DNA of 64,000 nt from a bacterium (GTDB lineage: Bacteria; Zhuqueibacterota; Zhuqueibacteria; Residuimicrobiales; Krinioviventaceae), in the NCBI GenBank assembly GCA_963674595.2, contig CAXXFV010000004.1, forward strand, positions 96,001-160,000, written 5' to 3'. Positions 50,633 to 59,943 of this stretch are shown piece after piece. Position numbers and translations under genes: made by a program. Positions within the stretch are counted from its first letter, which is position 1. Each line of letters starts with the position of its first letter. Under the pieces are notes generated by a model. It searched no databases. It had not been told where the DNA came from and saw nothing but the letters and a program-made list of their open reading frames with translations.

Positions 50633-52396
50633 TTAAAATTCCTTTTTCAATCGTATTGTAACAACAATATCGCCGTCTCCGACATCGGTCCGTTTTGCAA
50701 AATTGATGCGGAAATCATCATCATCACTGGACAGGCCAATTCCGACATTTGTTTTTAAAGAACTCCATGTCAATGAGCTAAAAGAGTCATCCAGCTTTTT
50801 CTCGTTCATTTTGTCCACATATTTCGGGTCCATGGGCCAATACGATTGCATTTCAGGAGTATTGCTTTCAGCGAACCAGGCACATCCGGAATCAACAAAT
50901 AATACAAGGTTCATTTCATCGAACAACGTCCAGTCCAATTCACTGGTTTCTAACGTGTATTCAATATTTGCTAATAACATCCGGTCACCTGTAAATTCTT
51001 TATGACGGTACCCTCTCAAAGTCGACAATCCTCCCAAATCAAACCAATACATGGGCGGTAAAACACCATTTGACGAACCAATTCGCAGCCGAAGGTCCAG
51101 TCCTTCATCCCATCCAAGTGGTTGATATCGCCTCACATCAAGAATTTGTCTTTGGAAATCAAGATCACTTTTCAGACCATTTCCGGCTTTTTCAGCAAAA
51201 AGATTAATAAACCATCCACGTTCCGGGTTTTCGTCATCATCCCTGGTGTCATAAACCAGATTAAATGAATAACTTTGCAGATTCATGTGGGGATCATTAC
51301 CGGCCGCTATCTCGTTCAAGCAGTAACCATAGGGAAGAGCCCAGGGATTGGGCCGAAAATCTTTACTCTTGCCAAACACGGCCCATTCGGTATTTTTTTC
51401 CAAATTATTTATTTTATCGTTATGATAGCCAAATTTTAATGACAACTGATCAAAAAATCTGTTTTTTGCATATATCGAAAAACCTTCCCGTTTATAATAG
51501 TCCCGGAAATCTTCATTTATTAAAAATGCACCCAGGGCATTTTCCAAATCACTGATAATCCAACGGTCTTGTGTATCTGTCATATCGTGGGCCTCGGCCC
51601 CGACTGTACACGCAAAAATTGGAAACACACAACGTTCCAGACCTATTTGATATTGTATATTTTTGCTTGAAAAGGAATAACCAACTTTACCTATTACACC
51701 GATTCTTTTTTGCTCTTTACGCCACCATTCGCTTGACGGAAAATTGAAACCGAGTGTCAACCCATCAACCCGGTTATAATCCGCGTAAACAGGTTCATGA
51801 TCTGACTGGAAGTTATGACGAACAATTTTGCGTTTTGGACGATGATGCTCGGTTGTAACATGAATTTCTTGTTCCTGCCTTTCCTCATCCGAAACACGGT
51901 TATAATGATTTGAACTTTGTCGCTCTATAATATCACCTTCAACAAAAGCATTTCGATCTTTCCAGATTTTACCGTCTACACAAACAACGTCTCCCTCAAC
52001 ATAAGCATCTGCTTCAAGATGAATATCTCCAAACAAGGTCAATATCGTTCCTTCAACCTGTCCGTATAACGTCAGGGTGCCTTTTACAACTAATATATCC
52101 GACCCAATCACTTTATCGGACGCAATTTCAACATCACCAAAGTATCTTTCAATATGGTTACCAACTCTTTCCTCTTCACCGATTTCGCCCTCTGTCTCTT
52201 TACCGGTACGAAATTCATTCATCCCTAGATACTTTTTCTCCATCTTTTCAGCAATTTCCTGCTCCTTTTCTGAAAGATTGGAATATTTCGGATCCTGAGC
52301 ATAAGTCCTTTTTGTCAGTAATAAGCTTAAAATAATAATAATTGCCATAATAGCCCAAATCCAGTACAGAATTTGTTTTGCCCGTGATTGTCCCAT
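50633..52396 (-). CDS. Omp85/BamA-TamA-family beta-barrel with N-terminal bactofilin-like beta-helix
   Basis: GDVEI..GTLTLYGQVEG..GDIHL..VEGDVVCVDG coils; YNRVDG; L6 motif LGGLSTLRGY; LFVDSG; terminal Phe. Confidence 0.8.
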   Translation of the reverse strand: MGQSRAKQILYWIWAIMAIIIILSLLLTKRTYAQDPKYSNLSEKEQEIAEKMEKKYLGMNEFRTGKETEGEIGEEERVGNHIERYFGDVEIASDKVIGSDILVVKGTLTLYGQVEGTILTLFGDIHLEADAYVEGDVVCVDGKIWKDRNAFVEGDIIERQSSNHYNRVSDEERQEQEIHVTTEHHRPKRKIVRHNFQSDHEPVYADYNRVDGLTLGFNFPSSEWWRKEQKRIGVIGKVGYSFSSKNIQYQIGLERCVFPIFACTVGAEAHDMTDTQDRWIISDLENALGAFLINEDFRDYYKREGFSIYAKNRFFDQLSLKFGYHNDKINNLEKNTEWAVFGKSKDFRPNPWALPYGYCLNEIAAGNDPHMNLQSYSFNLVYDTRDDDENPERGWFINLFAEKAGNGLKSDLDFQRQILDVRRYQPLGWDEGLDLRLRIGSSNGVLPPMYWFDLGGLSTLRGYRHKEFTGDRMLLANIEYTLETSELDWTLFDEMNLVLFVDSGCAWFAESNTPEMQSYWPMDPKYVDKMNEKKLDDSFSSLTWSSLKTNVGIGLSSDDDDFRINFAKRTDVGDGDIVVTIRLKKEF

Positions 52397-52435
52397 TGTA
52401 TCCTCAAATTATAAATATCTGTTTTTTCGGTAATA

Positions 52436-52451
52436 CGCAATCCTTATGCCA
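52436..52451 (-). promoter_or_regulatory. Sigma54 (-24/-12) promoter
   Basis: Minus strand TGGCATAAGGATTGCG, near consensus, 40 bp upstream of ATG 52396. Confidence 0.8.
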
Positions 52452-52522
52452 CAAAACGACCCAACTTAAAACGGCGTAATTCAAATAAAAACAATGTAAG
52501 TTATTTAAAACGATTCACGCCC

Positions 52523-52573
52523 TGTTGTTAAAATACACAGTAAAATATTTAATTAATGTAGGAATTTTACACA
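52523..52573. promoter_or_regulatory. Paired TGT-N11-ACA putative bEBP sites
   Basis: TGTTGTTAAAATACACA (52523-52539) and TGTAGGAATTTTACACA (52557-52573), ~75-125 bp upstream of the sigma54 promoter. Confidence 0.45.
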
Positions 52574-52574
52574 A

Positions 52575-53555
52575 TCAATAAAAACTGGAATTTCTTAATT
52601 CTTCCAATAATTGATTCATGTCATCGGGGATTGGGGCTTCAAAGCGAACAACCTCATCTGAAACAGGATGTTTGAATGAAAGACACCTGGCATGCAGCAT
52701 TTGACGTTTATACTCCTTGAGAAGACTGTTGACAAATTGAGAGCGTTTTTTATTAAGCCCGGCTAATTGTTTTCCTCTTCCTCCATAGACAGAGTCGGAA
52801 AACACGGGATGCCCCAACGAGGTCATGTGGACCCGAATTTGATGTGTACGTCCGGTTTCCAGATTAAGTTTTACATAGGACGTTAAGGCCATTTCCTCTA
52901 AAACCTGGTAATGTGTAATAGCATGTTTCCCATCATTCCGGATCATCATACGAGTCCGGTCCTTTGGGCTTCGTGCGATGGCTGCTTCAACCGTGCCGGA
53001 AGGTTCTTTAAAATGCCCCCAAACAATGGCCCTGTATTCTCTTTCCATTTTATATTGAGAAAGCTGTTTAGCCAATGTTACATGGGTCACATCGTCTTTT
53101 GCAACAACAAGCAGGCCGGATGTGTCTTTGTCCAGGCGGTGGACAAGCCCCGGCCGGGTATCACCCCCAACATCCGACAATTTTTTGCAATGCGAGAGCA
53201 AAGCATTTACAAGAGTGCCTTTCATATTTCCATAGGCAGGATGAACAACCATGTTCGGCGGCTTGTTGACAACAAGCAAATATTCATCTTCAAATACAAT
53301 ATCCAATGGAATGTCTTCCGGTTCCAGCGTTGTTTCTTGTCTGGCGGGAAAAACAACATGTATTTTTTCTCCGGGACGAATCAGGTACCCTGCCTTAACA
53401 GACCGTCCATCAACAGTAATCCTGTCCTCGTCAACAAGTCTTTTTAACTTGGCCCGGGTGACAGATGTCAATTGAGCGGCTATAAATTTATCCAACCGTT
53501 CCTTTACGACGCCATCAGGAACGATAAATTCCAAATCTTTTTCTTCCATTACCAA
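52575..53555 (-). CDS. rluD: RluA-family pseudouridine synthase with S4 domain (RluD)
   Basis: RLDKF S4 domain, VVNKP..VVHP, VHRLDKDTSG, LETGRTHQIRVH and QMLHA. Confidence 0.92.
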   Translation of the reverse strand: MVMEEKDLEFIVPDGVVKERLDKFIAAQLTSVTRAKLKRLVDEDRITVDGRSVKAGYLIRPGEKIHVVFPARQETTLEPEDIPLDIVFEDEYLLVVNKPPNMVVHPAYGNMKGTLVNALLSHCKKLSDVGGDTRPGLVHRLDKDTSGLLVVAKDDVTHVTLAKQLSQYKMEREYRAIVWGHFKEPSGTVEAAIARSPKDRTRMMIRNDGKHAITHYQVLEEMALTSYVKLNLETGRTHQIRVHMTSLGHPVFSDSVYGGRGKQLAGLNKKRSQFVNSLLKEYKRQMLHARCLSFKHPVSDEVVRFEAPIPDDMNQLLEELRNSSFY

Positions 53556-53668
53556 AAACTCCTAAACGGAATTTTGAAAAATAATACTTGCTCTGTTATT
53601 TTATAAGCTTTATTATTAAGAAAATACAAAACCGGTTTGAGTTGAGCAACAATTTCTTTGTTTTATTC

Positions 53669-53697
53669 TTGACTTTAGCCTTATAAAATTATATAAT
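53669..53697 (+). promoter_or_regulatory. Sigma70-type promoter
   Basis: TTGACT-N17-TATAAT. Confidence 0.7.
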
Positions 53698-53738
53698 ACA
53701 TCTCTTTTTGAGATAACTATTTTTTTTTGGAGACGATA

Positions 53739-54980
53739 GTGCAAAGTAAAAATATAGGTTCTTTTTTAACAATATGCCTATGTGTTCTTTTGCTCCTTTC
53801 TTGTTCAAAATATAAACCTGACACGCCGTTTCCAATTATTGCCTGGTACGGACCTGAAGTAACAACTTTACAGAATTCCTATAATTTGGTAAAAGAGGCT
53901 GGATTCACAGTCCTTTTTCCCGGATTTAACGATCCCTCTCAAAACCTTAAAGCTTTAGACGCAGCAGATTCCAGCGGCTTGCAGCTTTTATTAAGCGATC
54001 CGCGTATTGAACAACTGCGTACAGGTAAAGACTCGGTTTTTACAAGGCTGGACAGTGTTATTACCGATTACCAAACTCATCCCGCATTTTGGGGTTATTA
54101 TTTACATTTCGAAGCAGGATTAAAAGATATAGACAGATTAATGTTAATAAAAAATTACATCGAAAAAAAAGATTCCGTTCATTATGTTTACCTGAACTTG
54201 TTGCCGATATACACCCCCATTAGTCAGCTTGATACAACAACATATACAGCCTATTGCAAAACTATGGTCCAACAATTAAATCCCAAATTTATCAGTACTC
54301 CACTTTTTTCGATAACAACAAACGGACTAGAACCAGAATATTACAAAAACCTGGAAATTATGAATTGGCTTTCGGAAAAATTTCAAATACCATTTTGGAC
54401 CTTTGTTTTGACAACTCCCCATAGTAATTATGTCGAGCCTTCCCTTTCCAGGCTGAAATTTCAAGTTTTTAGCGCATTAGCTCATGGAGCAACAGGGCTT
54501 GAATATTTTACCTATGCAACCCCGAATATTAATTCATGGAAATGGGGTGCCTCAATGGTAGATGAAAATGGAGCGCCAACCCATACCTATAATCTGGTGA
54601 AATCAATAAATAATCAAGTTAATAACTGGATACCATATTTCAGTAAATTCACACCAAAAGGAACATTTCACAGTTCTCCTGTTCCTACCGGTTCCAGAGA
54701 TATTGAACAGTCGAACATTATTATAAAAATAAATGGGTCATCTATTTTAGCCGGCTTTTTCAAAGATGAGGACAACCATCAATACGTTTTACTGGTCAAT
54801 AAAAACTATACCCACGGATCCATGCCCCTTATCTATTTTTCTCCCCAAATCACAAAAATCCGGGAAATCCCTAAAAACAACATTCGTCCTCTGGTACTAA
54901 AATGGACGGTAGATGAAGAAAAAAGTCATAAATTTATTTTCAAGGCAGGTGGCGCCCGATTGTTTCGGCTTTATTACTAG
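53739..54980 (+). CDS. Hypothetical lipoprotein with glycoside-hydrolase-like TIM barrel
   Basis: Lipobox LLSC; FPIIAWYG, EAGFT, HPAFWGYY, YYKNLE and LAHGATGLEYFTY. GTG 53739 has a GGAG RBS. Confidence 0.72.
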   Translation: MQSKNIGSFLTICLCVLLLLSCSKYKPDTPFPIIAWYGPEVTTLQNSYNLVKEAGFTVLFPGFNDPSQNLKALDAADSSGLQLLLSDPRIEQLRTGKDSVFTRLDSVITDYQTHPAFWGYYLHFEAGLKDIDRLMLIKNYIEKKDSVHYVYLNLLPIYTPISQLDTTTYTAYCKTMVQQLNPKFISTPLFSITTNGLEPEYYKNLEIMNWLSEKFQIPFWTFVLTTPHSNYVEPSLSRLKFQVFSALAHGATGLEYFTYATPNINSWKWGASMVDENGAPTHTYNLVKSINNQVNNWIPYFSKFTPKGTFHSSPVPTGSRDIEQSNIIIKINGSSILAGFFKDEDNHQYVLLVNKNYTHGSMPLIYFSPQITKIREIPKNNIRPLVLKWTVDEEKSHKFIFKAGGARLFRLYY

Positions 54981-55072
54981 AAACAGATTTAAAAAGCATT
55001 GCCTTGATTAATTTAAAATAAATCATTATTATCATCATTTAATCAACACTAAATCATACAATCGGAGGAATA

Positions 55073-56791
55073 ATGTTATCCTTTTCAAAAAGAATTGATC
55101 CATTTACAGGAGAAGAATTTGTAGAAATACCGTTTAAAGGACGTTTTTTAACAGAACATCCTATTTTTAATAAAGGCACGGCGTTTCCGGAAGATGAAAG
55201 ACAGGCACTGGACTTGTGTGGAATTTATCCGGATACCGTTACAACGCTTGAATTACAAAAACAACGGTCTTATGCATGTTTTTCATCCAAAACAGATGAA
55301 TTGGACAAGTATACGTATTTAATGGCACAACAAGACAGAAACGAAACATTATACTATGCAATGATTTTGGACCATCTTGAAGAAATGCTGCCTATCGTTT
55401 ATACACCAACAGTTGGTAAAGCTTGTCAAAAATTCAGTCAATTATTTCGTCGCCCCAGAGGTTTGTATATAAATTCCAGCAATATCCAGCACATCGATAA
55501 AATGTTATCATCAGCTTCATTTTCTAATATATCTTTGATTGTTGTTACAGACGGCGAACGAATTCTCGGACTTGGCGACCTTGGTGCAAACGGTATGGGT
55601 ATCCCAATCGGCAAAACAAGTTTATATGTTGCTGCAGCGGGTTTACATCCGGCTTATTGTTTACCTGTTTGTATAGATGTAGGGACAAACAGACAGGAAT
55701 TACTGGATGATCCTCTTTATATCGGTCTGCGACAAAAACGCCTGACCGGAGATGCTTATGACCAGATTATAGAAACTTTTGTAAACGCTGTAAAACGAAA
55801 ATTTCCCAGTGCCCTGCTTCAGTGGGAAGATTTTGGCAAAGGTAATGCATTCCGGTTATTAGACAGATACAAAGAACGAATTTGTTCATTTAACGATGAC
55901 ATTCAGGGTACCGGCTCTGTAGCATTGGGTGTTTTACTTTCTGCTGTAAAAATTAAAAAACAAAAATTTGCAGACCAAAAATTCATTCTTTACGGCCAGG
56001 GTCAGGCTGGTTTAGGAATTGGACGAGCAATTTATACAGGCCTTCGAATGGAAGGATTAAGCGATCAGGAAGCAAGAAACCGAATTTTTGGAATTGATAT
56101 TGACGGTCTGCTTGTCGAAGGAATGAATGTCAGTGAAGAACAAAAATTACTGTTAAAAGATAAATCCATGGTGGCAGACTGGAAACTGGAAAATCCGAAT
56201 AAAATTGGACTGCTGGATACGATCCGTAATTCAGGAGCCACAGTGCTGATCGGTGTTACCGGACAAAGCGGTGCGTTTAATGAAGACGTTATCAAAGCAA
56301 TGGCGGCAAATGATGAAATGCCTATTTTTATGCCGCTATCTAATCCCACAATTAAAGCAGAATGTACACCGGAATCCGCATTAACAATTACAAACGGCAA
56401 GTGTTTAATAGCAACAGGAAGCCCATTCAAACCTGTAACCGTAAACGGAAAAGAACACGTTATTTCACAATGTAATAACCTGTACATCTTCCCGGGCGCC
56501 GGTTTGGGAGCATTGGTTTCCGGCACACCCAAAGTAACGAATGAAATGTTTATGGCTGGTTCTAAAGCGTTGTGTAGTCTGGTACCGGAAAGCATGCTGA
56601 AATCAGGAAGAATGCTGCCGGCAATCAATTCCATTCGTGAAGTTTCTGCTCAGGTCGCATTGGCTGTGGCAATAGAAGCACGTGAATCCGGATTGGGAAT
56701 ACGAGCGGATGATGAAACGTTATTAAAAATGATTAAAAAAGCAATGTGGGAACCAAAATATCTGCCTTATCGATATGTAAAACCGGAATAA
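55073..56791 (+). CDS. maeA: NAD-dependent malic enzyme
   Basis: FNKGTAF, PIVYTPTVG, VVTDGERILGLGDLG, QWEDF, FNDDIQGT and PLSNPT. Confidence 0.95.
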   Translation: MLSFSKRIDPFTGEEFVEIPFKGRFLTEHPIFNKGTAFPEDERQALDLCGIYPDTVTTLELQKQRSYACFSSKTDELDKYTYLMAQQDRNETLYYAMILDHLEEMLPIVYTPTVGKACQKFSQLFRRPRGLYINSSNIQHIDKMLSSASFSNISLIVVTDGERILGLGDLGANGMGIPIGKTSLYVAAAGLHPAYCLPVCIDVGTNRQELLDDPLYIGLRQKRLTGDAYDQIIETFVNAVKRKFPSALLQWEDFGKGNAFRLLDRYKERICSFNDDIQGTGSVALGVLLSAVKIKKQKFADQKFILYGQGQAGLGIGRAIYTGLRMEGLSDQEARNRIFGIDIDGLLVEGMNVSEEQKLLLKDKSMVADWKLENPNKIGLLDTIRNSGATVLIGVTGQSGAFNEDVIKAMAANDEMPIFMPLSNPTIKAECTPESALTITNGKCLIATGSPFKPVTVNGKEHVISQCNNLYIFPGAGLGALVSGTPKVTNEMFMAGSKALCSLVPESMLKSGRMLPAINSIREVSAQVALAVAIEARESGLGIRADDETLLKMIKKAMWEPKYLPYRYVKPE

Positions 56792-56821
56792 TTTTGATTT
56801 CTTAAAAATACTTTCAACAAA

Positions 56822-56855
56822 AAAAGGCATATAATTTTTAAATTATATGCCTTTT
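56822..56855 (+). terminator. Intrinsic terminator
   Basis: AAAAGGCATATAATTT/AAATTATATGCCTTTT 16-bp inverted repeat after the malic enzyme gene. Confidence 0.75.
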
Positions 56856-56885
56856 GTATTAATTAAATTTGGAACGACACTCAAT

Positions 56886-57884
56886 ATGAGAATACCGTTT
56901 AAAAAAATGCATCAGGAATTTTTTAGAATTTTAAGTAATCTGGGCATGAAACCTGAACGGGCTGAGCTTTGTGCAAAAATATTTACAGAAACAAGCTGTG
57001 ACGGGGTCTATTCCCACGGTTTAAATCGTTTTCCCAAATTTGTCGAATACATTGAATCCGGTCTTGTAGACATTCATGCCTTCCCGGATAAAGTCAACTC
57101 TTTTGGTGCATTGGAACAATGGGATGGAAATCGCGGTCCGGGAATTTTAAACGCCCATCATTGCATGCAAAGGGCCATTAACCTGGCCGAACAAAACGGC
57201 ATGGGGTGCGTTGCTTTAAAAAATACAAACCACTGGCTGCGAGGCGGCACTTATGGCCGACAGGCAGCGGAAGCAGGATTTATGGGAATATGCTGGTCAA
57301 ACACCGAACCAAACCTGCCGGCATGGGGTGCAGCGGAACCTGTTACGGGCAATAATCCGCTTGTAATTGCCATTCCCAGAAAAAGCGGTCATATTGTGCT
57401 GGACATGGCCATGTCACAATTTGCTTATGGAAAGCTGGAGACCTATCGCAGAAACCAGGAAAAACTCCCTTTTGCCGGAGGATATGATTTAAACGGACAG
57501 CTCACGGATGACCCGGCCCTTATTGAACAGTCAAGGCGACCACTCCCTATTGGATATTGGAAAGGTTCCGGATTGGCACTGGTGCTGGATATGATGGCAG
57601 CAATCCTTTCCGGTGGTTTGGCTTCATTTGAAATTCAAAAACAACAAAAAGAAACCATGTTGTCTCAGGTATTCATCGCTTTTGACATTTCAAAAATCGG
57701 AGGTAAAACGTTAACGGATAAAATGGCTCAGGAAATTATCGATCATTTTCATTCTGCAAAACCGAAAGATAAAAACAGCAGAATATATTATCCGGGAGAA
57801 CGTACCTTGGAAATACGTTCCGAAAATTTACAAAAAGGTATCCCTGTCGATAAAGAATATTGGCACCAAATTCTGAACATGTAA
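56886..57884 (+). CDS. yiaK: 3-dehydro-L-gulonate 2-dehydrogenase (Ldh_2 family)
   Basis: DGVYSHGLNRFP, NTNHWLRGGTYG, GNNPL, LDMAMSQF and PIGYWKGSGL. ATG 56886 is chosen because 56847 lies in the terminator. Confidence 0.9.
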   Translation: MRIPFKKMHQEFFRILSNLGMKPERAELCAKIFTETSCDGVYSHGLNRFPKFVEYIESGLVDIHAFPDKVNSFGALEQWDGNRGPGILNAHHCMQRAINLAEQNGMGCVALKNTNHWLRGGTYGRQAAEAGFMGICWSNTEPNLPAWGAAEPVTGNNPLVIAIPRKSGHIVLDMAMSQFAYGKLETYRRNQEKLPFAGGYDLNGQLTDDPALIEQSRRPLPIGYWKGSGLALVLDMMAAILSGGLASFEIQKQQKETMLSQVFIAFDISKIGGKTLTDKMAQEIIDHFHSAKPKDKNSRIYYPGERTLEIRSENLQKGIPVDKEYWHQILNM

Positions 57885-57885
57885 A

Positions 57886-58608
57886 TCAGCTATTGTTTAT
57901 AATCTCATAAAATGCCTGTAAGGTATTACCGGCCTCACCAATGGGCGGTGTATATTTCCAGTTTATGGAATCCTCTCCGTCATGATTTATAATCACATGA
58001 GAATAATTTTTACTCCATTGCACCTCTTCCCACGCATGCGAAGCGCGTATTTGAACGTCTTTTAACACAGCCGGTGTTAATAACTTGTTCTGTTGTTGGT
58101 AACGTGATAACAATTTTGGAGTCATTATATGTGTTGCAGCTTCAGCAGGACTATTCAGGTTATTAACTTTTTGAATAGTTGCCAATTCCTCATCCGTAAA
58201 AGGCTTTATAAAGACGGATGTGACTTTGTGTTTTTCAAAAAGAGATGAAAAACTTTTATGTTTTATTATCGTTTCAACCAGTGTCGGATAGGCTTCCAAA
58301 ATGATTATGTTTTCCTTTTGTAAAACATTTTTAGTCGTTTTAATATCCAAAGCCTGCCACAAATGGCGTACAGGCCCGATAATAAAATCATCCTGAGGCA
58401 AATTTTTAATAAATTCTTCTGATCGGAAAATAAAATCCTGACCGTCAATTTCGTTTTGCCGTGGTTCCCGGCTTGTGTATAAAACGGGTTGTTCGAACCT
58501 GAAATGTTTATACACCATCCTGAGTTTTTTTATTAAAGGTGTTTTCCCCACACATGAAGGTCCTGATAAAAAGACAATTTTTTTTAACACCCGGTCCTCC
58601 GTAGTCAA
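57886..58608 (-). CDS. Guanylate kinase-like P-loop protein
   Basis: LSGPSCVGKT, YTSREPRQNEIDGQDFIF, VFIKP and VIINHDG; divergent C-half. Confidence 0.75.
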   Translation of the reverse strand: MTTEDRVLKKIVFLSGPSCVGKTPLIKKLRMVYKHFRFEQPVLYTSREPRQNEIDGQDFIFRSEEFIKNLPQDDFIIGPVRHLWQALDIKTTKNVLQKENIIILEAYPTLVETIIKHKSFSSLFEKHKVTSVFIKPFTDEELATIQKVNNLNSPAEAATHIMTPKLLSRYQQQNKLLTPAVLKDVQIRASHAWEEVQWSKNYSHVIINHDGEDSINWKYTPPIGEAGNTLQAFYEIINNS

Positions 58609-58792
58609 ATTTAACTCTATAAATATTCTGCTTTTAGTAAATTTAAATAAAAATACCTTTTTGGTTTAATAAAAAATTAAATATATTAATCATACTTTAA
58701 ATATAAAAATTTTATTTATAATAATTCTTTTATTCTGCATTTCGTTGGAACAACATCTATATTATATAAACTGTAAGAAAAGCAAGCGTTGT

Positions 58793-59599
58793 TTACAAAA
58801 TATCGGGATAAAAATATTGAATTAGTTTTTCTTCAGGAGTTAGTCCATCAATGCCTTTATGAGGTCTTACTCCGTTGTAATAATTGACAAATCTTTTTAG
58901 CTCATTTTTACGATGGGCTGATGATTTAAAAACAGTTTTATTATGCCAAAGCTCGACAAGAGTTCGTATAACTCTTTCAGCTTTGCCATTTGTTTGTGGC
59001 CTTTTAACTTTGGTAAATTTTTGTTCAATACCATGTTCTTTGCACAACTTCATAAACTTATGATTATTCGGATCACCTCGGTACTCTCGGCCATTATCAG
59101 TATAAAATTGTTCTATTGTATATGGACATTCATCCACGACTTGCTCCAAAAACTTTTTAGCTGAATATTGGGTTTTATCAGGTAAAATAGCAGCATACAG
59201 TTCTCTAGAAAAGTCATCAATGGCCACAAACAGGTATTCCGTTCGTTCAAAAGGAGATTCCCCCTTAATTAAGGGAAGTTTTTTAGTGTCACCATGTATC
59301 ATTTGTCCTGGATAGTCTTTATTATATCGTTTGGCCTGACGTTTTAGCTTGTCCTCAAGTTTTTTTTCGATTTTAGCCAAACGTTTAATGCCGTATTTTA
59401 AACAGCGAAAACGCTTGTTTACACTCTTGTGAATTGAATAATCTTTTTGTCGGCCATTATGGATTATTTTATAAATTGTAGGTCGACTGACATGAAACTC
59501 TCGTGCTAAATCACAAACACGTCTTTTTTCGGAAAAATATAATGTGCAAACTTTTTCCCGTTGAATCGGCGTTAATCTGGTCTTTTTATGAATTACCAT
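58793..59599 (-). CDS. IS481-family DDE transposase
   Basis: H..TRLTP start, HTH (LAREFHVSRPTIYK), HGDTK, AIDDFSR, TDNG.EY, PQTNGKAER and YNGVRPH. Confidence 0.93.
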   Translation of the reverse strand: MVIHKKTRLTPIQREKVCTLYFSEKRRVCDLAREFHVSRPTIYKIIHNGRQKDYSIHKSVNKRFRCLKYGIKRLAKIEKKLEDKLKRQAKRYNKDYPGQMIHGDTKKLPLIKGESPFERTEYLFVAIDDFSRELYAAILPDKTQYSAKKFLEQVVDECPYTIEQFYTDNGREYRGDPNNHKFMKLCKEHGIEQKFTKVKRPQTNGKAERVIRTLVELWHNKTVFKSSAHRKNELKRFVNYYNGVRPHKGIDGLTPEEKLIQYFYPDIL

Positions 59600-59658
59600 A
59601 GGATCTCCTTTTATTAAAAATTAGGAAATCCCGAAATTGCAAACAACATTAAATTTGC

Positions 59659-59712
59659 TTCTCATGAATTGAATCCTATCTCTTTATAAGGAACGGATTC
59701 AATTCATGAGAA
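59659..59712. repeat. Perfect 18-bp inverted repeat inside the IS end
   Basis: TTCTCATGAATTGAATCC-N18-GGATTCAATTCATGAGAA. Confidence 0.9.
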
Positions 59713-59768
59713 AACTGTAAACAACTCTAATTTAATTTACATATAAACATAAAAATTTATCACTTCAT

Positions 59769-59784
59769 TGGCATTAAAATTGCC
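59769..59784 (+). promoter_or_regulatory. Sigma54 (-24/-12) promoter
   Basis: TGGCATTAAAATTGCC, near consensus, oriented toward the gene at 59944. Confidence 0.72.
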
Positions 59785-59943
59785 GTTTAACTATTATTCA
59801 AAAATTTTTAAAATATATTTATTTTTTCAAGCGTAAAAAGTCTCTTAATTTAAAAAAAACAACCAATCTGGATCCACAAAAAACAAATAAAATGGCATAA
59901 CGACACAAATTTGTGACACCAAAAGAGATAAAAAGGGTTTACA

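Larger units (their letters stand above)
58772..59741 (-). mobile_element. IS481-family insertion sequence (970 bp)
   Basis: TGT...ACA ends; 26-bp imperfect terminal IRs (58772-58797, 59716-59741); 7-bp direct repeat TATAAAC at 58765-58771 and 59742-59748. Confidence 0.92.
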
